Position numbers and translations under genes: made by a program. Positions 1 to 22,595 of a stretch of 64,000 nt of DNA are shown one piece after another. Every line of letters begins with the position of its first letter. The first letter of the stretch is position 1. This stretch comes from the human T2T-CHM13v2.0 reference genome, Homo sapiens: the NCBI RefSeq assembly GCF_009914755.1, contig NC_060935.1; one strand, given 5' to 3'. The notes beneath the pieces were generated by a model. That model did not search any database. It saw only the letters and a list, made by a program, of their open reading frames with translations, and was not told the origin of the DNA.

Positions 1-5420
<5,420 letters not shown>

Positions 5421-5433
5421 AAAATAACACCAG

Positions 5434-5558
5434 TGCTGGTTGCAGTGGTTCACTCTTGTAATCCCAGCACCTTGGGAGGATAAGGAGGGAGGATCACTTG
5501 AGGCACAGAATTTGAGACCAGCCTGGGCAACATAGCAAGAGTCTGTCTCTACAAAAAA

Positions 5559-5607
<49 letters not shown>

Positions 5608-5783
5608 TTAGCTGGGTGTGGTGGCGCACACTTGTAATACCAGCTATTCAGGAGGTTGAGGCAGGAAGCTTGATCCCAGGAGACTGAGAGTGCAGTAAGC
5701 TATGATTGCATCACTGCACTCCAGCCAGGGTGAGAGAGTGGGCTCCTAAAACAAATAAATGTAAACAAAAAAAGAAAAAAAAA
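5434..5783 (+). mobile_element. AluJ with expanded middle A-rich linker
   Basis: AluJ-type motifs 'ggaggatcacttgagg', 'cctgggcaacatagcaaga', 'gctatgattgcatcactgcactccagcc'. Confidence 0.9.
5553..5607 (+). repeat. A23 + (GAAAA)n microsatellite in the Alu linker
   Basis: Read directly from the sequence. Confidence 0.95.
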
Positions 5784-6649
5784 TAGTGCTTACCTCAGGG
5801 GATGGTTGACATGAAAGTGAAGATGAGAGCTAATGGATGGCCGAAAAGTTTTTCCATCAAGTTACACCCTTTTTTAACTCAGAAGGAAGAATATCTCAGT
5901 ATTTTTCAGGTGCGAATGCATTTATTCTTTAATTTTTTATTCCGCACACACTGCCTGTGACTCACAGTTGTTCTGCTGGTTGCTGGGAATACAATATTGA
6001 ACCAGATGTAGCCACTGATTCTGATGGACTAATAGTGAAAATGAATAGCGAGGTGTATATTAATGAGCAAAACTTTTTTGGTGGGATTCTGAAGGTAATG
6101 AAGCTCAAAAAATAATTTCAACTGTTTCAGCATGACTGAATTAAGTGTACATTCTTCAAAGGATGATTTAAAAAGACAATGCCAGTTTAGATGTATATAT
6201 TTTTTTGTGCTTGTTGTTTTACTTAGTTAACAGTGTTCTTTATTCCTAAATTCCTAATTGCCAAGCACAAGTTAGCTTGTTTGGGGAAAGCTCTTTGATA
6301 TTTCTCAGAGTATTTCTGTGTTTGAACTCAATTTGTAATCTTACCCTTGCTTTTGAAGTATTTAAAAATGTTTTAGAATCTCTTTTTAAAAAGCAATTTG
6401 AGTTTTATTGATCTGCAGAGCTTGGGTTTAGAATGCACAAATAGGCACTTAAATGCATTTTGGTAATAAATGTTTCAAAATTAGATAGTTTGAGAGTTAC
6501 TAAAGAGAAAATTAAGTTTTAGAATAAATCTGTTGTGAGGTTAAGCGGGCAATTGTAATATTTTGGGTTAGTACCTTTGATGAGCACGTACTTTTTGTGT
6601 TGGTCTTTCACTTTGTTCACTTTTGTGTAAAGATTAAAGCATATTGAAT

Positions 6650-7040
6650 TTTTATTCATTCAACCCACACTAATGGAGAGCTACTGCATTGGTGAATGAG
6701 GGAAATATGAATATCAAAAAGGCAGGATCCTCCCCTTACATGGCATGTATTCTGTTGGAAAAGAGAGGTATGCAAACAAATAGATGTTGTATGGCATTTT
6801 ACTAGCAGGTGTAATGGTTAAAAGGAAGGTTCTAATGTCTTTAAATCCCAGGTTAGAGTAATTTTTTACCAAACCATGTAACCCTGACTGATCATTTATT
6901 CTCTTTTACTTTTTTTTAAATCTATAGACTGTGTGTTTTACCATTACCTACTTCATGGGGGTGGTCGTGATTATTAAATGATTGACAAAAAGTGCTCAGT
7001 TAAATATGTGGCACCCCAAAGTGCTCACGGAATGCTAGGG
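6650..7040. mobile_element. Degenerate L2 (-) followed by MIR (+) fragments
   Basis: 'ttattcattcaa...' L2 tail in reverse; MIR core 'tacctacttcatgggggtggtcgtgattattaaatga...gcaccccaaagtgctca'. Confidence 0.55.
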
Positions 7041-7524
7041 ATTATGATAATATCAGAGTGCACAGTTAACTTTCACAGGAGTGAGTGGTCAACTGGGTCT
7101 GAAAGATTGCTTTAAGAAATAGTTGACAAAAAAATGGTGGAGATTTTTTTAATGTCCCAAATCTATTAGTGACTGCCATGCTCTTTGGACCAAATATTCA
7201 TGAAACAGCTTGATGAAGCTATTAAGCACTCTTTTTGACGATACAAAATTGTCAACTAAACAATCTCTGACCTTTTGAAATGTGATTTCACCATAAACCC
7301 CTTGCTAGGTGTACCAGCAAGAAGTTTCCAAAAAAGTCTCTTACTAGGTATAATTGCTAGATATACCTGGCACTGACCAGGTATTCAGTGGTTCCTCACA
7401 AATGAGTAGCAAGGAACACAACCTTTGACTTTCCTTCGAAAAAGGCATCCAAATAAGGAGAAAGAGGGGCAAGAAGAGTAAAACATCTTACTAACAGCAA
7501 GCGTGAAATTTTAGACTGCAAGTC

Positions 7525-8098
7525 GTTTGCTTGTTTGATCTTAGATCCATTCTCTGCCATTTCCCTGCTTTGAACTGCCCACTGCAAACTGCATTTCTCA
7601 GGCTTCTTTGTGCTGCCTTCCAGTTAGGCTTTCCATTGGGAAGCACTGACATAGATGGAGAAATATACAGGGAATTATAGTAGAGAATGATGCTGACCAT
7701 TCTAGGGATTAGTTCGTGCTAAAGGCCGGTAGGGTATTTTTCTCCCTTTCTTTGCCTTAGGCACCGTTGGCAGTGACTGCAACGGTTAAGTGGTTCTAGC
7801 TCCCTGTAGTCAGCCGTTTCCTCTCAATTCTCAGCTCCTGAATCTAGCTTTCACCAATGGCCAAGCTTTGGAGTTTCAGCAACTCCTCTGCCTTCCTAGG
7901 CCCTCTGGCCCTAGTGGATGTTAGGGTTGTTAGTGCCTTCCTATAGTTCCTGCAGTCACTGATCTCAGAGTTGCCTCACCTTCTAGCTGTTCTCTCAGTA
8001 GTCCAGACATTTTATGATTAATTTCTCATATTAAATTCTTTCTATTGAATTACCTTGTGTAGTAATTTTGTTTTCTTGGCTGGGCACTGACCAATACA
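7525..8098 (+). mobile_element. ERVL solo LTR (LTR33-like)
   Basis: 'aactgcatttctcaggcttc...cttccagttagg...attgggaagcactg' and terminus 'attaaa...ttttcttggctgggcactgaccaataca'. Confidence 0.65.
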
Positions 8099-8949
8099 GA
8101 AAGCAAATGGAGAATATTTTATTGTTCTTGCTGGTTCTTGGCTGAGAGTTTCTGTGATCAGAATATCTGCAAGAAAAAAGTCAACATAGTATGCTAATTT
8201 TAAAAATTACTGAGAATATTCCTCAACTTGGAAAGATTTTGGGAGTCTTCACTTATTACTATCATAGGTATTAGTTAGTGATGGAATTATATCATTTCTT
8301 GATACGTATTGTTTATAAAATGTAGATACTTTCAAAGCAATTAAGGAAGCAAGGTGATAAATGTTTGCAATGTTATTTGCAGCATCCTAGTAGGTGGAAT
8401 ATTACTAAGGATGCTTTCACATACCTGAATGAGTTTGAACAAGTTATTTCACAGCGTTCTTCTTTTTTCTTTTATAAAATGAGGGTGCAAAAAGGATATC
8501 TTGTGTCTTTGTACTTCCCTCAGTGTCTATCATAGTGTTTCAGAAATAGTAGGGTCTCAGTATTTTTGTGAAATGAAAGTCAAATCATTCATCTGGATAT
8601 GTGCTGGTCTTTTACTTGCTTTCCCCTACCTGTTTGTTTCTTCACCATATAGGAGGGAAGAAGTTAAGTAGGAGTACAGATAAATTGTCTAACAAGGAAG
8701 GAAAAACTGAATTCATTTGCTGGTTGCTTTATTTTGATTTTATTCGAATACACATCATTGTTACTTTTCTTATAACTGTAACAGTAGCCCAATGAATAAT
8801 TTGCCTTTGGTGGTGATTTTGGTGATGATTTTATATATTCCATCTATTCCTCCAGATTTTAGACCCCAAATACCTACATATACTTTCATCTCTCTCACCC
8901 CATCTCATGTTCCACTCATACCAGTTCTCTTCTTATTCTAGAAACAACT

Positions 8950-9232
8950 TTATTATTTTTTCTTTGATTTCTCCTAAGCAAGTTCCTCATCTTCATTAAG
9001 TGCCATCTTCTTCATAACATCTTCTCAAATGGTCCCTGATGAAAAGTAATTGCTTTTTTTGTTTATACCTCTGTAAGTACTTATCATACTGAATTGCAAT
9101 GATTTGTGTGTCTGATTTCCTGCCAGATCTTGATTATTTTGAGAGTAGGAGCCACTTTTTTCATCTTTTCCACTTTTATACCTAGTATTTTGCCTGCCAT
9201 ATGGTGAATGTTCAATGAATGAATATTGAAGC
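8950..9232 (+). mobile_element. L2 3' end fragment
   Basis: 'ttttgagagtaggagcc...cctagtattttgcctgccatatggtgaatgttcaatgaatgaat', typical of an L2 terminus. Confidence 0.6.
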
Positions 9233-9807
9233 ATTCTGTTTCTGATAATTTACTTATATTTGATTATTTATTCTTCTACCTCATTTCCTAGATTGTGAGC
9301 TCTTTCCAGGAAATGAAGTAGAAGGGGAGCCAGAAAAAATGACAATTTTTTTCTGTTTTGGATCTTTGCCTTGTCGCTATGCCCTGTTTCCAATTTATTA
9401 CCTGGTAATATTAGGAGTACAGTGAACTTTGGTTGAATTTGGACACATTTGAGATCTTCCTTCCAAACCTGGTAGGAAGATTTAAGAAATCATCCAGTAC
9501 ACTGTTCAACCCCTGGAAACCAAAACTATTTTTGAGTAGATGCTTCAGAAAGACACAGAACTGTACCAACTAATGATTATTTAAACTTTATACACAGAAT
9601 AATCTGGAGATATGCAAAATAAAATGAGGGCTGATATGTGTATTAATCTAAAACCAGACAACACTTTGAAGTTTATTTTTAGGTTATTGACCATTTCAGC
9701 AGCATATAGACAAGTATACATAATTCTCCATTATTGAACTTAAAGAAAAGCTTAAATAAGCATCCAAATTCGTTGACTATGTATATGTAGAGGTTTATAC
9801 TTAGGAG

Positions 9808-10295
9808 GTACTCAATCAGTTGGGATCCTGGGACGAAAACAGGTTGCACTTTCAAACTAGGTTAATTTGAGCAGAGTTTAAGAAAGCAACTACTTTCAAA
9901 GTTGTGACCAGGGTTAAAAAACCAAAACCAAAACCAAAAAAACACCAAGGGAGAGTACAGTGCCCTAGGCCTAGTAACTGTGGGGAGTGGTTACTAAGGA
10001 GATAGAACAGTTACCAGAATTTGGAGAGAGACCTACATGGAAAGCATCACTTAAGAAGAACTGCGGGCTTAAATGCAGCCTCAGGCAATCCACGGCTATG
10101 TGGCAGAAGGGAGTCAAGGGGGAAAATATCCTAATTTCATTCTCCTCCTGCTCTCTGATATGCCAGTATCTCCCATTGGATATACCCATCTGAAAGCCAG
10201 AAAGCATGAAAACTGTTTGATATAGCTTCCCAGGTGACAAAAGGCAGAGGGCAAGTATGAGATAGCTAGTATAGACACTGATTCTGGGGACAAGA
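9808..10295 (-). mobile_element. Ancient ERVL-class LTR (LTR33/LTR41-like)
   Basis: 'gggatcc...gaaaacaggttgcactttcaaactaggttaatttgagcagagtttaag...caaagttgtgaccaggg' resembles a reversed ERVL LTR 3' end. Confidence 0.5.
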
Positions 10296-12388
10296 TCTAA
10301 GAGAGTTCTCTCAGTTATTAATATATAGCTTCCCTTGTTCCCAAAATAAAGATGTGTGTTTGAGAGATAGTCTTCCAAGCTTTTCCTTGGAAGACTCAGG
10401 AACTAACTGCCACAGAATTCTCATAGATTCTAGCCTCTTGATGAGTCATAGCTGAATGTGATGTTAATCTCCTACCAATTTTTTTTTAAAAGGAGATCCT
10501 AATCATTGTAGAAATGAAAATTCATAATTCTCAAAACAACTTCCACCAGTTTAATCAGAGTTAGGTCATATAATGCAACCTATTTCTCATTTCTTATTTA
10601 TACTTTAAGTTTTATGAGAAATCAGAAAAAAACTAGAGCAATCAGGAGTTGGAAGTAGACCTGGAAGACTTCCTTCATCCTTTGTGGTTCACAAGTGTGT
10701 GTGCCGGCTTTTCCAGTATAACTTCCGAAGGCCACCAACTTTTATTTGTAAGAAGGTTTGGTGAATCAGACCGGTTATATAATACCATTGCTTTCTCCTT
10801 TTAACTCACTCCAGCTTTTTCTGAGATAATTTATTTCCTGTCCCTTTAATCATTTTGCCTATTCTTCTTTGGACTATTTCCAGGTTCTCCACATTCTTTT
10901 AAATAAAGCTTAACTATTACAAAGAGCTATTCTGGGAAATCATTATTTAAATAAAAATTGTTAAAGCATTTAAATGTTTAAAAATGGCTACATAGATGTT
11001 AGAAAATGAAATGTTCCTGTCTAATAACGCTGATAGTAGAATTGTAGTAAATTAAATTACATCAGGTCAGAGCATAAAACCTTGAATGAATGTCAAGCAT
11101 ATCAGGACCTGAGAAAGAAATGCTTTGTTAAGAGAAAGTGGTTGCAAAGAGCCAAAAATAAAACTAAGGCTAGAGAACTTTTCCTTGTACTAGTTACTAA
11201 AAATTCTGTCTTAAGATGGGGATCTAACTCATTTGTTCAGGAAGTTGAGATGCTAAAGTGGACACAAATCTCAAAGGAGCCCAGATATTTCATTATATTA
11301 GAAGAAAAAATTTAGAAGATCCTACCTTGGAAAAGTTAATGTTACTGTCTATTGAAAGAAGGAAAGCTAACAAGTTTCAAAGTGTTTTAGATGGCAACCA
11401 ATGTCCTAATTGCCTTACGTATTAATACTTTATTCCATCTTCAAAATCAATCATGAGAGGTAGAATATTCCAGTTGGCCTTTTTAATGATTAAGACATTA
11501 ACTTAGATTTGAATCCAAGTTGGCCTGATCCAAAGACTATTTTTCCCACTACATTATGCTATAAATAATTTTCTAGTAAAAAAATTAATGTGCCAAGAAA
11601 GCCCTACATTTTAATATATGGAGTATATTTGTTAGTTTTGTAGGTGAAAATTTTAGACAATCTGCTTGTAAATTTGTGATACAGGATGCTTCATAACTAA
11701 AAAAATTCTTCAAAAATTATTCCTTGATCTGTTGATTGTATGTCATTAAACATATCTCTTTATAGAGAAAGAGAGATGTATATTTTTTAATGAGAAGGAC
11801 TTGAGAAATTTCTATACATAAGAATAGGAAGATAAGAAAATAGGACAGAAATATTCTAAATTTGCAAAAGCAAGTTGATAAATTTTATTTTATGGTCAAC
11901 AAAACATTTACATATATTTTATCCCAAATTTTTCCTCAGGTATAATTAAATTTACTCGTAGTATCTCCAACACAGATAGCCTGACATGAAGAGCTTCTCA
12001 TTTCTGGATTTGGGCAAACTGTAATTTAACTAGATAATGCCTCCTGCCTTCTAGCTATGGAGTAATATAGAATTCATAGTGTGTCTTTTTTCAATATCAG
12101 CTTCACATTTATCTGAATTTTGAGTATTGTATGTAAGTTCCTTGTTCTGTGATATGTAGTTGATAGACCTGCTTAAAAAATTTCTTCCTTGTTTTGTCAC
12201 TGATTGTCAGCAACATCAAAAGTTCCAACAGTTAGCATTTATTGAGTGCTTACTGAAGGCCTAATATATTGCTAAGCACATTTTTATACACTGTGTCAGT
12301 ATTAACTCAGTTGTATAGACTGAAAAAGGTGTTTCCTGCCTTGAATGAGATCCTATATAATTTTAACATTAATTCATTATTGAATTTT

Positions 12389-14580
12389 ATTTTTAAAATT
12401 AATTATTTTAATCAATTATATCACATATATAGTTTACCATCTTTGCCATTTTAAAGTGTACAGTTCAGTGGTAAGAAATACATTTATATTCTTTTTCTTC
12501 CTTCATTACCCCCTCCCCTATACCTTCTTGGCCTCTAGTAACCAACATTCTACTCTCTATCTTCATGAGATCCACTTTTGTAGCTCCCACATATGAATGA
12601 GAGCATGCAATATTTGTCGTTCTGTGTCTGGCTTATTTCACTTAACATAATGGCCTCCAGTTTCATCTATGTTGCAGCAAATGAAACAATTTCATTCTTT
12701 CTTATGGACAAATAGTATACTATTGTGTAATAAACTACATTTTATTTACTCATTCATTGGTGGACACTTAGGTTGATTCCATATCTTGGCTATTGTGAAT
12801 AGTGCTGCAGTAAATATGGGATTGGAGATATCTTTTTGATATATTGATTTCCTTTCTTTTGAATATATACCCAGTAGAGGAGTTGCTGGAGAATGTGGTA
12901 GTTCTATTTCTAGGATTTTTGAGGAAACTTTATACTATTCTCCATGGTGGCCATACTACTTTACATTCTCCCTAACAGTGTATGAGGGTTCCCATTTCTC
13001 TATGTTCATGCCAACATGTGTTATTGTCTTTTTGATACAAGCCATTTTAACTGGGGTAAGATGACATCTCATTGTGGTTTTGACTTGCACTTCTCTGATG
13101 ATTAGTGAGGTTCAACATGTTTTTCATATTCCAGTTGGCCATTTGTATGTCTTCTTTTGAGAAAAGTCTTTTTAAATTTTTTGCCCATTTTAAATTGGAT
13201 TTTTTTTGCTATTCAGTTGTGTGAGCTCCTTATATATTTTTGTTATTAGTCCCTTGTCAAATGTATAGTTTGCAAATATTTTCTCCCATCCTGTAGGTTG
13301 TCTTTTCACTTTGTTGGCTTCATTTGCCTTGCAGAAGGTTTCTAGCTTGATGTAATCCCATTTGCCTATTTTTTTTTTTGGTTGCCTGTGTTTTTGAGGC
13401 TTTATGTTAAAAATCTTGCCCAGGCCAACGTTCCGGAGCATTTCCCCAATGTTTTCTTCTGTAATTTCATAGTTTCAGGTATTAGATTTAAATCTTTGGT
13501 TCATTTAGATTTGATTTCTTTGTATGGTGTGCGCTAGGGGTCAAGTTTCATTCTTCTGTATATAGTTATCCATTTTTCCAGCATCATTTATTGAGATGAG
13601 TGTCCTTTCCTCATTGTGTGTTCTTATCACCTTTGTTGAAGATGAGTTGATTATGAATGCATGGATTTATATCTGTGTTCTGTAATCTGTTCCACTGGTC
13701 CATGTGTCTGTTTTTATGCCATCATCATGCTGTTTTGGTTACTATAGCTTTGTAGTACATTTTAAGGTCATATAATGTCATGCCTCCATCTCTGTTATTT
13801 TTACTCAGCATTGCTTTGGCTATTCAGGATTTTTATGGTTCTATATAAATTTTAGGATTTTTTATATGCATGAAGAATAGAAACATTTTGATAAGGATTG
13901 CATTGAATTTGTATTGTCATTTTAAAAATATTAATCCTCCCAATTCATGAACATGGGGTATTTTCCATTTTTTTTGTTTCCTCTTCAATTTTTCATTAGA
14001 GTTTTTTTTTGTATAGATCATTCATATCTTTGGTTAGGTTGAGTCCTAGGTATTTTGCATTCTTTGTCGTTATTGTAAATAGTATTGGATTTCTTGATTT
14101 CTTTTTCAGATTGTTTGCTGTTGGCATATATAAATATCACTGATTTTTGTATGTTGACTTTGCATCCTGGAACTTTACTGAATTCATTTATCAGTTCTAA
14201 CAGTTTTTTTTTTTATGTCAGTGTCTAAGTTTATCTAGGTTAAGATCATGTTGTCGGCAAAGAAGGCCAATTTGACTTACTTGTGTCAAATTTGGATGCC
14301 CTTTTTCTCTTTTTCTTGCTTAATTGCTCTGTCCAGAACTTCTAGTATTACGTTGTATAAAAGTAGTGAAACTCGGCATCCTGATATTGTTCCAGATCTT
14401 AAAAGAAAGGCTGTCAACTTTTCCCTGTGGAGCGTAACCTCACAGTGTGAGGTTGTCATATACGGCCTTTATTATTTTGAGATATGTTACTTCCATATGC
14501 AGTTTGATGAGCGTTGTTATCATAAAGGAAAGTTGAATTTTATTAAGTGCTTTTTTTGGCATCTATTGAAATAATCATAT
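12389..14580 (-). mobile_element. L1MA (MA5-MA8-like) 3' UTR and 3' part of ORF2
   Basis: Minus-strand ORF 13190-13441 (KWDYIKL...QPTGWEKIFANY); L1MA 3' UTR 'ctctagtaaccaacattctactctctatcttcatgagatccactttt'. Confidence 0.88.
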
Positions 14581-14590
14581 GCTTCTTTGC

Positions 14591-14620
14591 TTTTTTTTTG
14601 AGAGAGGGTCTCACTCTGTC
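14591..14620 (-). mobile_element. 30-bp Alu 3' remnant (AluJ-like)
   Basis: tttttttttgagagagggtctcactctgtc is the reverse complement of an Alu terminus plus poly(A). Confidence 0.75.
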
Positions 14621-14624
14621 AAAA

Positions 14625-15114
14625 ATTTGCTATCTCTTTTGGCCAAGTTACAGAACAGTATCCAGGGCTGGGGATGTAGGGAGGTAGTCCCACCTATAGT
14701 CTTTGTTTCTGCCTGCCCTCACGGGTATTTCTCTCTTCAGGAAGTCAGGATACTTTCCACTGGTTAGGATAAGGACAGGTCTTTCTAACAGGGAACCCAA
14801 GATGTGGGGAAAGCTGCTTGACCACCTTCATCTCACTTTTTGCAGTATGGAAACTGTAAGTTGGGAGATTTTTCTGCTTGCTTGTTGCCAGGCAGAAAGG
14901 GAGGAGGAGTGTCATAGATGTGGAAGTTCAATTATTCTACAGTTTGCTCAGTTTTTTCGCTTCACTGTGGCCTTGGTATCTGTCTCATCCTCATATTTGA
15001 GTTCTCAGTTGTTGCTGGTGCAAATATCTGCACTGTATATTTGTTTTTGTTTCTGGGGAGTGCAGGGGTTGAAACCATTCTGTTTCTACACGGCTATTTT
15101 AAAACCAGAAGTCC
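14625..15114 (-). mobile_element. L1M 5' UTR, probably the 5' end of the 12389-14580 element
   Basis: Reverse strand begins ggacttctggttttaaaatagccgtgtag, like an L1M start; the flank attattgaa occurs at both 12376 and 15116. Confidence 0.6.
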
Positions 15115-15899
15115 GATTATTGAAGTTCTAAAACAAAATTGAAAACAAAAGTTTTCAAGTACTAACCATGTGCTAGGCATTGTGCTGAATTCAGAGGTGA
15201 TGTTTGCCAGCAAAAAACTCATTGTATAATGCAAGGAAAACATATACACATACATGCTTCAAGGCAAGTATACCATAACCTAGAAGAGAGAACACCCAAA
15301 GGATCTTAGGGAAACAGTATTAGGGTGGTACTTAGGGTTGTAGGGTAGATGCTTTGGAATTGATAGTTAAGTGTGTAAATTTTCTAAGAAAATATTAGGA
15401 ATTTTTGTGCACATACACATAGGATTTTCTAGTAATCTAAATTTTATTCATATTGCATCATAATGTGAGTTTTATGCCATATTCTTGCCCATTTACTCTT
15501 GAGTTCTGCACTGTGTGCTTGCTGTTACAATTGACTGCTTTGGACAGGAGCGTTGGAACAGTAAATTGAAGGAACATCATTGTAGCACAGTTGAGTGTCT
15601 GCAGCTGGGTAGCATACATCTATGCTATAGTATTGACTATTCTCTTGTTATGAATATGTGATGCTTGATAACCTTTTCTTGCATACATCTTTTCTATTCC
15701 CCCTAGCTCGTATGTTTTCACATAAAGACTTTTTGGTAATTTTGTCACAAGTGGCTAGACATGTTAAATAAAACAAATTAAAAGACTTTTCTTTCAATAT
15801 TGTTTTGTCATTTAAAACAAAATAAAATTACCAGAATGATTATAATAAGCTATTTTTACAGGTGTTCAAGCCAATGTTACCTGATTATTTAATAATGAT

Positions 15900-16637
15900 G
15901 CATAATATTTTCATTATTTTTAGGTTATAAATATTTTTAATCTCTATTTTTGCTTCTTTGACCATGAGTTGTTCAGAATTATATTTACAGTTCTCAAAAG
16001 TGTTCGGTTATCTTATCATAATTTGATTACTGATTTTTAAAATTATCATTTATATGATAATAAATTCATGAATAATAACTCATTTTCATATGATAGTCTT
16101 TGAAAAATGTTGTTACCAGATTTATGGGCTAGCACTTGTAATTTCTGATACAATTGTTTCAGATGTGCTTGATAAAAGATATACTTTCCAAACATATCCC
16201 CTACTGTTGTATGCAATATTCTATGCATGTCCATTAAATCAAACTTCTTGTGTTATTTTAAACTTTCTATAGCTTAACTGATTTTTGTCTGCCTAGTCTA
16301 TCACTTACTGAAAAGTTCTCAGTTGTCTTATTGTATTTCTATTAGTTTTTTTCTTCATATATTTTGAAGCTGAGTTATAACTGTGTAAGTTCAAAATTGC
16401 CATATTTTCTTTGTGAATCAAACCCTTTCATAAGATATGAAACTTTTTATTTTTAGAAATGTTTTTGTTTAAAAATCTAATAATGAGGTAATACAAATTT
16501 TACCTATTATATTAGATAATACAAAATAATACAAATTTTGTTTTGGTTAAAATTTAACTCGTATATATTTTCCATCCTTTCACTTTAACATTTTCTTGTT
16601 TCTTAAGTTTTCAGTGTCTCTTGAAATAAAATATAGC
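15900..16637 (-). mobile_element. Ancient L1M (L1ME/MC-like) fragment, left half of an element split by the L1PA6
   Basis: T-rich reverse ORF2 motifs 'tatattttgaagct', 'tatatattttccatcctttcactttaac...tgtctcttg'. Confidence 0.6.
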
Positions 16638-16859
16638 ATTTTCCATTCCAAGATGGCCGAATAGGAAAATCTCTGGTCTGTAGCTCCCAGCTACACACCA
16701 GACACAGAATATAGGCGATTTCTGCATTTCCAGCTGAGCTACCTGGTTCATCTCACTGGGACTGGTTGGACAGTGGGTGCAGCCCACGGAGGGTGAGCTG
16801 AAGCAGGGTGGGATATCGCCTCACCCGAGAAGCGCAATGGATCCAGGGATTTCCCTTTC

Positions 16860-17081
16860 CTAGCCAAGGGAAGCCGTGACAGACTGTACTTTGGCTTGAC
16901 TGTACACTCCTGCCCAAATACTGTGCTTTTCCCATGGTCTTAGCAACCAGCAGACCAGGATATTCCCTCCCATGCCTGGCTCAGAGGGTCCCACGCCCAC
17001 GGAGCCTTGCTTACTGCTAGTGCAGCAGTCTGAGATCGACCTGCGAGGCTGCAGCCTGGCTGGGGGAGGGGCGTCTGCCAT
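16860..17081 (-). CDS. L1 antisense ORF0 homologue, open, 73 aa
   Basis: MADAPPPARLQPRRSISDCCTSSKQGSVGVGPSEPG... resembles primate L1 ORF0 (MAGAPPPASLPPCSLISDCC...); no stop until 16860. Expression unknown. Confidence 0.55.
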   Translation of the reverse strand: MADAPPPARLQPRRSISDCCTSSKQGSVGVGPSEPGMGGNILVCWLLRPWEKHSIWAGVYSQAKVQSVTASLG

Positions 17082-17688
17082 TGCTGAGGCTTGAGTAGGT
17101 AAACAAAGCAGCTGGGAAGCTCGAACTGGGCAGAGCCCACCACAGCTCAGCAAGACCTACTGCCTTTATAGACTCCACCTCTGTGAGCAGGGCATACCTG
17201 AACCAAAGACAGCAGAAACTTTTGCAGACTTAAACATCCCTGTCTGACAGCTCTGAAGAGAGCAGTGGTTCTCGAGCACAGCATTTGAGCTCTGAGAATG
17301 GACAGACTGCCTCCTCAAGTGGGTCCTTGACCCCCTGTAGCCTAACTGGGAGACACCTCCCAGTAGGAGCCGACAGACACCTCATACAGGTAGGTGCCCC
17401 TCTGGGATGAAGCTTCCAGAGGAATGATCAAGCAGCAATATTTCCTATTTTGCAATAGTTGCTGTTCTACAGCCTCTGCTGGTGATAACCATGCAAACAG
17501 TGTCTGAAGTGGACCTTCAGCAAACTCCAACAGACCTGCAGCTGAGGGACCTGACTGTTAGAAGGAAAACTAACAAACAGAAAGGAATAGCATCAACATC
17601 ACCAAAAGGACATCTACACACATCTACACCAAAACCCCATCTGCAGGTCACCAACATCAAAGACCAAAGGTAGATTAAAACTGCAAAG

Positions 17689-18712
17689 ATGGGGAGCAAC
17701 CAGAGCAGACAAGCTGAAAATTCTAAAAACCATAGTGCCTCTCCTCCTCCAAAGGATTGCAGCTCCTTGCCAGCAACGGAACAAAGATGGACGGAGAATG
17801 ACTTTGATGAGTTGACAAAAGTAGGGTTCAGAAGGTCGGTAATAACAAACTTCTCCAAGCTAAAGGAGCATGTTCTAACTCATGGCAAGGAAGCTAAAAA
17901 CCTTGAAAAAAGGTTAGATGAATGGCTAGAATAAACAGTGTAGAGAACACCTTAAATGACCTGATAGTGCTTAAAACCATGGCACAAGAACTTCATGATG
18001 CATGCACAAGCTTCAATAGCCAATTCGAACAACTGGAAGAAAGGGTATCAGTGATTGAAGATCAAATGAATGAAATAAAGTGAGAAGACAAGTTTAAAGA
18101 AAAAAGAGTAAAAATAAATGAACAAAGCCTCCAAGAAATATGGGACTATGTGTAAAGACCAAATCTACGTTTGGTTGGTGTACCTGAAAGTGATGGGGAG
18201 AATGGAACCAAGTTGGAAAACACTCTTCAGGGTGTTATTGAGGAGAACTTCCCCAAAGGGGCAATGCAGGCCAGTAATCAAATTCAGGAAATACAGAGAA
18301 CAACACAAAGATACTCCTTGAGAAGAGCAACACCAAGACACACAATTGTCAGACTCATCAAGGTTGAAATGAAGGAAAAAATGTTAAGGGCAGCCAGAGA
18401 GAAAGGTCAGGTTACCCATAAAGGGAAACCCATCACACTAACAGTGGATCTCTCTGCAGAAATCCTATAAACTAGAAGAGAGTGGGGGCCAATATGTTCA
18501 ACATTCTTAAAGAAAAGATTTTTCAACACAGAATTTCATATCCAGCCAAACTAAGCTTTATACATGAAGAAGAAATAAAATCCTTTACAGACAAGCAAAT
18601 GCTGAGAGATTTTGTCACCACCAGGCCTGCCTTACAAGAGCTCCTGAAGGAAGCACTAAATATGGAAAGGAAAAACCAGTACCAGCCACTCCAAAAACAT
18701 GCCAAATTGTAA
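17689..18712 (+). pseudogene. L1PA6 ORF1p, disrupted
   Basis: Fragments MGSNQSRQAENSK..., GVPESDGENGTKLEN, YPAKLSF...LQKHAKL*. Confidence 0.9.
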
Positions 18713-18775
18713 AGATCATCGATGCTATGAAGAAACTGCATCAATTAGTGGGCAAAATAACCAGCTAACATCACA

Positions 18776-22595
<3,820 letters not shown>

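Noticed and set aside
10540-10910. Possible L3/CR1 fragment
   Set aside because: Similarity is too weak to call by eye.
15560-15615. Possible plus-strand exon (acag|GAGCGTTGG...CTGG|gtagca)
   Set aside because: Weak polypyrimidine tract and donor; no recognisable protein.
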